A DNA stretch of 64,000 bases from a virus, in the IMG/VR virus record IMGVR_UViG_3300009159_000032; one strand, 5' to 3'. Both the position numbers and the translations under genes were made by a program. The notes under the pieces are model-generated. The model saw nothing but the letters and a program-made list of their open reading frames with translations, was not told where the DNA came from and searched no databases. This document shows, piece after piece, positions 17,175 through 25,589 of this stretch. Positions within the stretch are counted from its first letter, which is position 1. The number at the start of each line of letters is the position of its first letter.

Positions 17175-18774
17175 TTTAACACCGTTACAGAAAGACTATG
17201 CTGTGTATTTGCCAGCTATTAGTAGTTTCTATTCAACTTATGTTGCAAAACAACGACTAGAAGAATTTGTTCCTAAGAATCGTATTCCTGCAGGATTTGA
17301 TCGTGGTATCGAAGGTATGAACTTTCTTAATCCAGAACAAGGATACTTTACCTACAAATATGGATTGTATTCAGCAGGTCATGCACAATTAGATCTCAAC
17401 AAGTCAATGACACAAGAATCTATGATCCAACAACGTGATCGTGCTAACACAATGATCCTAGGCGACTCTGGTGGATACCAAATTGGTAAAGGCGTTCTTA
17501 AATTTGATTGGTTAGATTTTGAAGGTAAGTCGGCAAATAAAACTCGTCAAAGTATTTTAGAGTGGCTTGAATTAACTGCTGACTGGTCAATGATGCTAGA
17601 CGTTCCTACGTGGGCCTGTGACCATATTCATAGTCCAAAGACCGGACTAAAAACATTTGAAGATTGTTTAGAAAAGACACGCTTTAATAATGACTATTTC
17701 TTAATGAATAGAATTGGCCAAACTAAATGGCTAAACGTTCTGCAAGGCGGAGATTGGGATACTGCTGAAAAGTGGTATAACGGTGTTAAAGAATTCAGCG
17801 ACCCTAAAGGAAAGTATAAAGGGCGTGAAGCAGAAGGTTGGGCCTTTGGTGGTGCTAACATGTGTAAAATGGATATTACTCTTAAACGTCTTATGACACT
17901 AAGAGACGACGGTTTGCTAGAAAGCAAAAACTGGATCCACTTCTTGGGTACAGCTCAGTTGGATTGGTCATGCTATCTAACTTCAATTCAACGACAAATC
18001 AGGAAACATATCAATGAAGAAATTACCATATCTTTTGACTGCGCCAGTCCGTTCATTGCAACAGCCCACGGACTTGTCTATACCAACGCAGTCCACACAC
18101 CAAAAAGGTGGAGTGTTATTATGGACAAAGCCCCTGACAACAAAGCCTTGTCAGGCAGTGACATTCCATTCCCCTTTGAATCAACAATTGGCAGACGCTT
18201 AACAATAGCTGATATTGCCTATTATGATCTAGGCGAACGTAAGACTGATGCAGAATTAGGTAAAGTTAAATTTGATCATTTAAATCCAGAACATTATCAC
18301 AAAGTTCCCCGACTTAATAAACTAGGTAAAATTCCAAACAAAACATCGTGGGATAGTTTTGCCTACGCATTAATGATGGGACATAATGTTGAATGTCATA
18401 TTGTTGCTGTACAACGTGCTCAACAACTAATGGATATCGAATGTGCTAGACATAAACCAGACTGGCGTATGTGGGGTCTAGAAGGAAAGAAAGAAATTGA
18501 ATTCAGTGATTGGGTTCCACGTAAGATATTGTACTTTGATCGCTTTGTTAAAGAACTGTTTGAAACTAAAACCAAAGCAGAAGCATTTGCAATGATTGAG
18601 CAAGCCATGCCATTCTTACGTAGTTTGGAAGGTGCTAGACTTCAAGGCGGACCTGCTCAAAATACCTTTGGTAATTTGTTTGAAGTAGAACAGGTTGTTA
18701 AACAAGAAGAAATTGATCTTGCTAATCCAGACGATGAAGAATTACGTGCATTAGAAGAAGGACTTGTAGAATGA
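17155..18774 (+). CDS. dpdA: tRNA-guanine transglycosylase-like protein, probable DNA 7-deazaguanine insertase (DpdA-like)
   Basis: TGT motifs LGDSGGYQ, MMLDVP, WLNVLQG, HFLG and SFDCASP; lies in a cluster with queD, folE and queE. Confidence 0.75.
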   Translation: MKNPPVNLTPLQKDYAVYLPAISSFYSTYVAKQRLEEFVPKNRIPAGFDRGIEGMNFLNPEQGYFTYKYGLYSAGHAQLDLNKSMTQESMIQQRDRANTMILGDSGGYQIGKGVLKFDWLDFEGKSANKTRQSILEWLELTADWSMMLDVPTWACDHIHSPKTGLKTFEDCLEKTRFNNDYFLMNRIGQTKWLNVLQGGDWDTAEKWYNGVKEFSDPKGKYKGREAEGWAFGGANMCKMDITLKRLMTLRDDGLLESKNWIHFLGTAQLDWSCYLTSIQRQIRKHINEEITISFDCASPFIATAHGLVYTNAVHTPKRWSVIMDKAPDNKALSGSDIPFPFESTIGRRLTIADIAYYDLGERKTDAELGKVKFDHLNPEHYHKVPRLNKLGKIPNKTSWDSFAYALMMGHNVECHIVAVQRAQQLMDIECARHKPDWRMWGLEGKKEIEFSDWVPRKILYFDRFVKELFETKTKAEAFAMIEQAMPFLRSLEGARLQGGPAQNTFGNLFEVEQVVKQEEIDLANPDDEELRALEEGLVE

Positions 18775-19289
18775 ATAGAGATTATGCAACAGGCACCGCA
18801 GATAATATAGCATTTTTTACAGGACAAGAAATTGAACATAGTCCTGCATACGGAATGTCGACACTATTTGTAACTGGACTTCAAAATCCTGCCGAAGTTT
18901 TAGTATTGGCTAAACAAGAAAAAGTAAAACACATTTATTTTGGTGCTAATCAAAGTTTTAGGCCAACTAGTACAGATGAACTTAATCATTGGCAAAAAAT
19001 GATTATTTCTCTTTTGAAACAAAACTTTTGGTGTACATTAGATTTTGATGTCAAATATGCAGAAGATATTTTGGAAACAGGATTAAATGAAGAAAGAAAA
19101 TTCATTTCGATGATTTCTGTGAAGCTGCCCTACTTGACACAATTTAATTATAATAGTATACTAAAGATTGACGACAAAGACTTTGAGGCAACTAACCCGG
19201 GTGTTTGGACTCATAGGTTGCATGACCTATTGGACAGTAACAAGTTTACTGATTGGGATCAATATAAAGAGGATGAGATTGCAAAATGA
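18771..19289 (+). CDS. hypothetical protein coupled to dpdA
   Basis: ATGA overlap; 172 aa; contains HIYFGANQSF. Confidence 0.7.
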   Translation: MNRDYATGTADNIAFFTGQEIEHSPAYGMSTLFVTGLQNPAEVLVLAKQEKVKHIYFGANQSFRPTSTDELNHWQKMIISLLKQNFWCTLDFDVKYAEDILETGLNEERKFISMISVKLPYLTQFNYNSILKIDDKDFEATNPGVWTHRLHDLLDSNKFTDWDQYKEDEIAK

Positions 19290-19489
19290 AAGAATTTGTA
19301 ATTAAAGATAGCGCCGCATTTCGACTACGTGTTAAAATGTGGAAGTGTTTAAACCCTTCAGATTTGAACAGTATTGAATTTATTCAAGAATGTAAAGATG
19401 AAAAAGGTGAAGTTAATTTTAGTTCAACCTATAATTACTTTCTTACCGATGAAGATATTAAAGCAATGGTGGATGGTTTTTCAAAATGA
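19286..19489 (+). CDS. hypothetical protein
   Basis: ATGA overlaps on both sides; GAGG RBS. Confidence 0.65.
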   Translation: MKEFVIKDSAAFRLRVKMWKCLNPSDLNSIEFIQECKDEKGEVNFSSTYNYFLTDEDIKAMVDGFSK

Positions 19490-19884
19490 ACCAATCAATT
19501 ATGAGACAAGACTGGCGCCCAAATAAAATGATTTGGGTTACCTTCCGTAAAGAAGGTATGCATCGTTATCCAGCAGCCGCTACAGATCCTAATCTAGCTA
19601 CAGGTGACGAATATGATGTTTCGTTCCTTGCTAATGAACATCGCCATATCTTTCACTTCCGCGTTTGGATTGGTGTAACACACAATGATCGCGACATTGA
19701 ATTTATTCAATTCAAACGTTGGTTGGAAAATCTTTATAAAGATAGTACACTAACATTAGATCACAAGAGTTGCGAGATGATGAGCGATGATTTATATGCT
19801 CAGATTCACGCAAAGTATCCAGACCGTGAGGTTTGGATTGAGGTCTCCGAAGACGGAGAAAATGGTTCTTTTATCAAATATTAA
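19486..19884 (+). CDS. queD: QueD-like 6-carboxytetrahydropterin synthase (T-fold)
   Basis: Motifs EGMHRYP, HRHIFHFRV, DIEFIQFKRWL, SCEMMS and VSEDGENG. Confidence 0.75.
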   Translation: MNQSIMRQDWRPNKMIWVTFRKEGMHRYPAAATDPNLATGDEYDVSFLANEHRHIFHFRVWIGVTHNDRDIEFIQFKRWLENLYKDSTLTLDHKSCEMMSDDLYAQIHAKYPDREVWIEVSEDGENGSFIKY

Positions 19885-19897
19885 TAAGGAAATTTAA

Positions 19898-20146
19898 ATG
19901 GCATTGCCATCTTTTATTCAAAAAACTCTTGTAATGAAACCCGAAGTTGAGAAAATCTTTGATGATCTTGATGCATGGTTAGATCATTGTCGTTTTAACA
20001 TGTTGCCTTTTAATCCTGCAGATCTTTATAGATCTCAAGAATATCGCAACTTCCAGCGTTATCAAAACGGTGGTGAGCGCCGTCCGTACTTAGGCAAAAA
20101 GCCTCGTTTTGAGAACAAGAGCAATGGCGAACGTTTTTCTCGTTGA
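19898..20146 (+). CDS. hypothetical protein
   Basis: AAGGAA RBS; 82 aa. Confidence 0.65.
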   Translation: MALPSFIQKTLVMKPEVEKIFDDLDAWLDHCRFNMLPFNPADLYRSQEYRNFQRYQNGGERRPYLGKKPRFENKSNGERFSR

Positions 20147-21221
20147 TTTAGAATCAGTTGAAACAAGGTACACGGGACAATGGAAGTCTCATGTACCTGC
20201 TCTCTTACGAAAGGCAGGACACAATGTCAACATTATATCAGGTCCTACGGACATTCCTAGTGCTACCACTCCTGGGGCATTTCTCAACTTTGGCGGAACT
20301 AATATCTACAAGGCTAGCCAGGTTGAGCAAATGGGCCGTTTATTTTGTAGTGGATCCGTTCATCCTGGCGACCACTTTATTTTTACTGACGCTTGGCATC
20401 CAGGCATTATAAATTTAAAGTACATGAGTGAGTTATTGGGCATTCCAGTAGTCACACACGGCTTGTGGCATGCCGGATCATATGATCCTCAGGACTTTCT
20501 TGGACGCCTAGTTGGCAATAAACCTTGGGTTAGAAATGCTGAGAAAAGTTTCTATTGTGCGTTTGATCACAACTATTTTGCCACAGAGTTTCATGTACAC
20601 CTGTTTATGAAACAGTTACTCAACGATGGTTATACTGTCGAAAATCCTTGGTGGCATGAAGATTGGCATGAACGATACGACAGTGGCAAAATTGTCAAGA
20701 CTGGTTGGCCTATGGAGTATATGGACAATGCTCTTGTAGAATATAAGAACATGCCCAAACGTGATCTTATCTTATTTCCGCATCGCATTGCTCCAGAGAA
20801 ACAAGTTGAGATCTTCCGCGACTTAAAAGAACAACTGCCACAGTATGAATTTGTAGTGTGTCAGGACCAACAACTAACTAAAAATGAATATCATAATTTG
20901 CTGGGCGAAGCTAAAATTGTTTTTAGTGCTAGCCTACAAGAAACATTAGGTATTGGCTGCTACGAAGGTGCCTTAGTTGATGCTATGCCTATGGTACCTG
21001 ATCGACTAAGCTATAAAGAAATGTACTATGATACATTTAAGTATCCTAGTATTTGGACACAAGATTGGGAAAACTATAATGCATATCGTCCAAACTTATG
21101 TCGACTAATAATTGAACATATGGCAAATTACAAAACTAGAATTCCACAATTACGCAAACAAACAGAAGACTTGTCTAAATATTTCTTTAGTGCAGGTCGT
21201 CTGCTGGAGAATATAAAATGA
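20124..21221 (+). CDS. GT-B fold glycosyltransferase (GT4-like)
   Basis: Motifs FPHRIAPEKQ and EX7E (ETLGIGCYE); likely start is ATG 20124. Confidence 0.8.
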   Translation: MANVFLVDLESVETRYTGQWKSHVPALLRKAGHNVNIISGPTDIPSATTPGAFLNFGGTNIYKASQVEQMGRLFCSGSVHPGDHFIFTDAWHPGIINLKYMSELLGIPVVTHGLWHAGSYDPQDFLGRLVGNKPWVRNAEKSFYCAFDHNYFATEFHVHLFMKQLLNDGYTVENPWWHEDWHERYDSGKIVKTGWPMEYMDNALVEYKNMPKRDLILFPHRIAPEKQVEIFRDLKEQLPQYEFVVCQDQQLTKNEYHNLLGEAKIVFSASLQETLGIGCYEGALVDAMPMVPDRLSYKEMYYDTFKYPSIWTQDWENYNAYRPNLCRLIIEHMANYKTRIPQLRKQTEDLSKYFFSAGRLLENIK

Positions 21222-22021
21222 GTGATCCTTTTCAATTACCGAAGATTGGTATTATTGGTTTAGGCTTTGTTGGTCAGGCCATTAGAGAAAGTATTGGTGG
21301 CTATAATGTAGTTACAGTTGATAAAGACCCTAGCAAGGGTGCTGATAAATTTGAAGATTTATTTGACTGCGAAGGAATTTTTATCTGTGTACCTAGTCCG
21401 CAAGCAGATGACGGTACTTGCGACACATCAATCTTGGAAGATGTCTTAGAAAAACTACAAGAATTTAAAGGTGTCATTATTAGTAAATGCACAGCACCGC
21501 CAGATGTTTACAAACGATTAAATGATCTTTATCCAAATCTTGTTCATGCTCCGGAGTTTTTAACTGCTGCTAATGCCAAGCGTGATTATATAAATGGTAA
21601 ATTTGCGTTTATTGGTGGAAATGTTCTTGCTTATCAACACGAAGCAGAACGCATGATTAGAATCACACAGCACAGTCTTAATAAAGTTATATATTGCACA
21701 ATCAGTGAAGCTGCATTGGCCAAATACACTATCAATAGTTTCTTAGCTACTAAGGTAACTTTTATGAATGAAATTTACATGCTGGCACAAAATCTAGGAC
21801 TTAACTATAACAAAGTTGCAGAGATGGTTGTTTGCGATGATCGTATAGGCAAGAGTCACATGCAGGTTCCCGGTACTGACGGAGTGTTTGGTTTTGGTGG
21901 AATGTGTTTTCCTAAAGACACAGCCGCACTGATCAAATTTGCAGAACAAGCCGGCGTACACGTTAATGTTGTTGATGCCGCAGTAAAGAAAAATACTTTA
22001 CTTCGCTTGACAAAAACCTAA
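21218..22021 (+). CDS. UDP-glucose/GDP-mannose dehydrogenase family protein lacking the C-terminal domain
   Basis: Rossmann GIIGLGFVG, CVPSP, APEFL, AKYTINSFLATKVTFMNE, DDRIG and catalytic GFGGMCFPKD; only 267 aa. Confidence 0.85.
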   Translation: MSDPFQLPKIGIIGLGFVGQAIRESIGGYNVVTVDKDPSKGADKFEDLFDCEGIFICVPSPQADDGTCDTSILEDVLEKLQEFKGVIISKCTAPPDVYKRLNDLYPNLVHAPEFLTAANAKRDYINGKFAFIGGNVLAYQHEAERMIRITQHSLNKVIYCTISEAALAKYTINSFLATKVTFMNEIYMLAQNLGLNYNKVAEMVVCDDRIGKSHMQVPGTDGVFGFGGMCFPKDTAALIKFAEQAGVHVNVVDAAVKKNTLLRLTKT

Positions 22022-22035
22022 ATAAACTATACAAT
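22007..22035 (+). promoter_or_regulatory. sigma70-like promoter with embedded CTAAATA, upstream of folE
   Basis: TTGACA-N17-TACAAT, with CTAAATA at 22018-22024. Confidence 0.75.
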
Positions 22036-22079
22036 AAACAAATGGCAATCCTCTGCCTTAACATCGGAGAATAATAAAA

Positions 22080-22859
22080 ATGGTATATCAAAATGCGTAC
22101 GAAAGTCACGACGAGGAACCTAGTGACAAAAAAGAATCAATTTTAGATATTGATGAAAAAGGTTACGAAGTAGGTTACTTAGGTAATGCTATTCGTGCAA
22201 AAATGAAACGTGATAAAAAACGTTTCTGGGCAGGCGACAACGTAAGTGAATATCTTATGCCTGGCGATAAAGAAATGCTAATTGACGATGCTACAGAAGC
22301 ATTTGAAAGTGTATTAGATGCACTGTTGATTGATCGTGAGAATGATCCTAACAGCAAGGGTACAGCACGTAGGCTTGCTAAAATGTATTTTAACGAGATA
22401 ATGGCAGGAAGATATGAACCAGCACCAGACGCAACAGCATTTCCAAATGATTCAGCAGACAGATACGAAGGTATGTTGGTTGTGCGTAGCGAACTACGTA
22501 GTATGTGCAGTCATCATCATCAACCTGTTAGTGGAGTGGCATACATTGGAATTATTGCGGCAGAAAAACTTATCGGCTTGTCCAAGTATACACGCATTGC
22601 CCAATGGTGTGCTCGTCGAGGAACATTACAGGAAGAATTGTGTATTGACATAACCAACAAGATTATGGCTGCAACTGGTAGCAAGGACGTAGGTGTGTAC
22701 ATTCAAGCAGTGCATGGATGCTGTGAGAATCGTGGCATTATGGCACATAGTAGTTTGACTCAGACTACTGTACTTAGAGGTGCATTTAAAGATGACCCTA
22801 ACACTAAAAAAGAATTCATGGACAATGTTAAACTACAGCAAGAATTTGCGCCTCGATGA
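22080..22859 (+). CDS. folE: GTP cyclohydrolase I
   Basis: Motifs GTARRLAKMY, SMCSHHHQP, IGLSKYTRI, RRGTLQEEL, HGCCENRG and TTVLRGAF. Confidence 0.95.
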   Translation: MVYQNAYESHDEEPSDKKESILDIDEKGYEVGYLGNAIRAKMKRDKKRFWAGDNVSEYLMPGDKEMLIDDATEAFESVLDALLIDRENDPNSKGTARRLAKMYFNEIMAGRYEPAPDATAFPNDSADRYEGMLVVRSELRSMCSHHHQPVSGVAYIGIIAAEKLIGLSKYTRIAQWCARRGTLQEELCIDITNKIMAATGSKDVGVYIQAVHGCCENRGIMAHSSLTQTTVLRGAFKDDPNTKKEFMDNVKLQQEFAPR

Positions 22860-23002
22860 AATACATCACTAACATTACAGGGGAGATTAAACTTCCCTGG
22901 GAACCTGGACTTTTAGAATGGTTGCAGGAACAATATCCTTATTCAAAATATCGCGTAGTGGAAGAACATCAAGATGAAGAAATTTCTCAATTGGTTGGAT
23001 AA
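22856..23002 (+). CDS. small hypothetical protein (48 aa, missing from the ORF track)
   Basis: Manual translation gives MKYITNITGEIKLPWEPGLLEWLQEQYPYSKYRVVEEHQDEEISQLVG; ATGA-coupled to folE. Confidence 0.6.
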   Translation: MKYITNITGEIKLPWEPGLLEWLQEQYPYSKYRVVEEHQDEEISQLVG

Positions 23003-23435
23003 GTTAGGTCGCAAACGTATTGTTATGGATCGTATTAATAACGAACCATATTTAGAACGTTATTATCTATTCCTTAAAGATCGCAAACGTTTTCCGTTTA
23101 ATGTGTTCCTACATAAATTTTTAAAGAGTGATCCAGATGATGTACATGATCATCCATGGCCGTATGCCACACTAATTTTAAAAGGCGGATACTATGAATG
23201 GATTCCCCAGTTTGATACAGATGGCAAGAAGTTTGGAGAAATAGCTCATTGGCGTGGCCCTGGACATTTTCGCATTTGCAAAGAAAACAGCTACCATCGC
23301 ATTGAACTTGATCCCAGCGTAACTGCATGGACATTGTTTATGCCAGGACCACAACGTAGAGAATGGGGATTCCTTGTTAACAATAAGTGGATCCATAACG
23401 AAACATACTTAACAGAAAGAGCAAAAAATGGATGA
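22974..23435 (+). CDS. cupin-fold protein
   Basis: Motifs HKFLKSD..VHDHPW, GGYYE, HRIEL and WTLF. Confidence 0.6.
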   Translation: MKKFLNWLDKLGRKRIVMDRINNEPYLERYYLFLKDRKRFPFNVFLHKFLKSDPDDVHDHPWPYATLILKGGYYEWIPQFDTDGKKFGEIAHWRGPGHFRICKENSYHRIELDPSVTAWTLFMPGPQRREWGFLVNNKWIHNETYLTERAKNG

Positions 23436-23718
23436 TAAAGTAAACGAAATTCTTCATATTCTACAAGAAGAATGTGCAGAAGTTACGCAGGCAATTAGTA
23501 AATGTTTTCGATTTGGTTTAGATAATGCTAAACCTGGAAAGCCATTAACTAATGTAGAGCATCTAGAAGGTGAAATTGGGGATTTACTTGCAATGGTAGA
23601 TCTGTTAAAATATTATAATGTTGTCAGTGAAGAAGGCCTAAATACTGCCAAACAAGCAAAAATTGAAAAATTAAAAATGTGGTCTAACATTTACGAAGGT
23701 GGAACAGATGGTATATAA
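23428..23718 (+). CDS. mazG: MazG-like nucleotide pyrophosphohydrolase
   Basis: Acidic metal-binding pattern LQEECAEV...EGEIGDL. Confidence 0.7.
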   Translation: MDDKVNEILHILQEECAEVTQAISKCFRFGLDNAKPGKPLTNVEHLEGEIGDLLAMVDLLKYYNVVSEEGLNTAKQAKIEKLKMWSNIYEGGTDGI

Positions 23719-23935
23719 AACAGTTTACACAGAAGTGGAAGTAGATGTAGATATCGGTGATTTTGATACTGATGATCTATTAGAAGAATTAGAACAACGT
23801 GGTTCATTACCACCAGAAGGCGATACCAATGCCAAAGAACTAGTTGAACAGATGTACTACTTACACCGCCAAGGACAAGACTGTACACATCTGTTAGATC
23901 GTCTGTTCTATTCTGTATTAGGAAAAATAGTATGA
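23708..23935 (+). CDS. hypothetical protein
   Basis: Acidic small ORF overlapping both neighbours; the start may be GTG 23699 or ATG 23708. Confidence 0.6.
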   Translation: MVYKTVYTEVEVDVDIGDFDTDDLLEELEQRGSLPPEGDTNAKELVEQMYYLHRQGQDCTHLLDRLFYSVLGKIV

Positions 23936-24780
23936 GCAAAATTAAAATAGCAGAATTATTTTACAGTATTCAAGGTGAAGGAAGGTACATGGGTGTACCT
24001 TCCGTGTTCTTACGCACGTTTGGTTGCAATTTTAAATGTCAAGGTTTCGGCATGCCTAGGGGAGAACTAAGCAATGAAGCAGATGAGTTAGGTAGTCTTG
24101 CTCATATGTTTAACAAGTATGAAGAGCTACCGCTAGTTAGCACAGGCTGTGATAGCTATGCTAGTTGGCATCCAGACTTTAAAGAACTTAGTCCAATGCT
24201 TACCAGCGAAGCAATCGCAGATCGTATTATGGAAATTCTCCCACACGGCGAATGGCAAGATGAACATCTTGTTATTACAGGTGGTGAGCCATTACTAGGG
24301 TGGCAACGTGCTTATCCAGAGTTGTTAGAGCATCCTAAGATGGCGGGCTTAAAAGAGATCACATTTGAAACAAACGGTACTCAAAAACTAACTGAAGAAT
24401 TTAAACATTACCTAGGTGAGTGGACTGCTGAACATTGGGATAGAGAAATTACATTCTCAGTAAGTGCTAAACTGCCAGCCAGTGGTGAGAAGTGGGAAGA
24501 AGCTATTTGTCCGGAAGTAGTGTGCGAGTATGAAAAACGTGGCACTGCGTATCTTAAATTAGTTGTATCTACGGCAGATGATATTTTAGATGCAGAACGT
24601 GCTGTTAAACAATTTAAAGATGCAGGATTTAAAGGACACATTTATCTGATGCCTGTCGGTGGTGTGGAAAGTGTTTATACGCTAAATGCAAAGAATGTAG
24701 CATTAGCCGCTATGAATCGTGGATGGCGATACAGTGATAGACTACAGGTGCCGTTGTTTAAGAATGAGTGGGGAACCTAA
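23932..24780 (+). CDS. queE: 7-carboxy-7-deazaguanine synthase (radical SAM)
   Basis: Motifs IAELFYSIQGEG, VFLRTFGCNFKC...CDS, VITGGEPL, FETNGT, SVSAKL and RLQVPLF. Confidence 0.9.
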   Translation: MSKIKIAELFYSIQGEGRYMGVPSVFLRTFGCNFKCQGFGMPRGELSNEADELGSLAHMFNKYEELPLVSTGCDSYASWHPDFKELSPMLTSEAIADRIMEILPHGEWQDEHLVITGGEPLLGWQRAYPELLEHPKMAGLKEITFETNGTQKLTEEFKHYLGEWTAEHWDREITFSVSAKLPASGEKWEEAICPEVVCEYEKRGTAYLKLVVSTADDILDAERAVKQFKDAGFKGHIYLMPVGGVESVYTLNAKNVALAAMNRGWRYSDRLQVPLFKNEWGT

Positions 24781-24986
24781 TGGAAACTAAAAAACGAACT
24801 GTGGTAAGGATGCTTACTTATCGGTTAACTGCATGGCTATTTACAATCTTTTGGACGTGGCTATTCACTGGCAATATCGCCAGTGCTACAGGGTTTGCTA
24901 CAGCATTACACATTCTTTTGAGTGTCGATTATTACATACATGAACGTATTTGGCTTAAGATTAAATGGGGCAGAATTGATGCGTAA
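24780..24986 (+). CDS. DUF2061-like small membrane protein
   Basis: Pattern KRTVVRMLTYR...YYIHERIWLKIKWG; TAATG overlap with queE. Confidence 0.65.
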   Translation: METKKRTVVRMLTYRLTAWLFTIFWTWLFTGNIASATGFATALHILLSVDYYIHERIWLKIKWGRIDA

Positions 24987-25164
24987 TGTTAACTATTGTC
25001 ATTTTGATGATAGATACGCATCGTCTTGGACTTTGAGATTTAAAAGAATTTATGTTTCACTGCGTCGAGATAAGGTAGCAAAGACCTGGCATTTTTACAT
25101 TAAGCAGATAACTGATCTAGATATACTAGGTCTATACCACGAAGTAAATTGGAAAATTAAATGA
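24979..25164 (+). CDS. hypothetical protein (61 aa)
   Basis: Fills the gap between neighbours; likely start is ATG 24979. Confidence 0.45.
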   Translation: MRNVNYCHFDDRYASSWTLRFKRIYVSLRRDKVAKTWHFYIKQITDLDILGLYHEVNWKIK

Positions 25165-25589
25165 TTAGAAATTTTATTAAAAAATTAATCGGTTTGGATA
25201 AAATTGAAGCCGAAGTTGCCGAAGCTACAAAAAGAAAAGTCGAAGCTGAAATCGAAGCTACCGCTGCCGTAGAGGGGGCAAGACTTGCAAAACTATCTCC
25301 AAAGGAACGTGCTACTGAAGCTAAGGAACCTTGGGTAGAAGTTTTGGACACTCATGTTAATAAAGAAAATGTTCGTAACGGATTCTTCGAACTTGACTGG
25401 AATGAATATTTTGTGCTACAATTACGTAGCAATGGTTATCAAGGTGATACCGATGAATCCATTGTTGATCAATGGTTCCAAGATCTTTGCAGAAATATCG
25501 GTGCCGAGGCCGGTGTTGATATGGAACGTAGAGGTAGTGGATTTGTTAACAGAGCGTTACGAGATGACGGAAAAACTGAGATAGGTTAA
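25161..25589 (+). CDS. hypothetical protein
   Basis: 142 aa; overlaps both neighbours. Confidence 0.7.
   Translation: MIRNFIKKLIGLDKIEAEVAEATKRKVEAEIEATAAVEGARLAKLSPKERATEAKEPWVEVLDTHVNKENVRNGFFELDWNEYFVLQLRSNGYQGDTDESIVDQWFQDLCRNIGAEAGVDMERRGSGFVNRALRDDGKTEIG

Noticed and set aside
17155-18774. Ordinary tRNA-modifying Tgt (queuosine auxiliary metabolic gene)
   Set aside because: Not fully excluded, but the enzyme is much longer and more divergent than bacterial Tgt, lacks a visible Zn motif and sits next to replication genes, which fits a DNA-acting DpdA better.
22042-22075. Canonical preQ1-I or THF-II riboswitch upstream of folE
   Set aside because: The stem and loop are too short and lack the consensus loop nucleotides; kept only as a candidate novel element.
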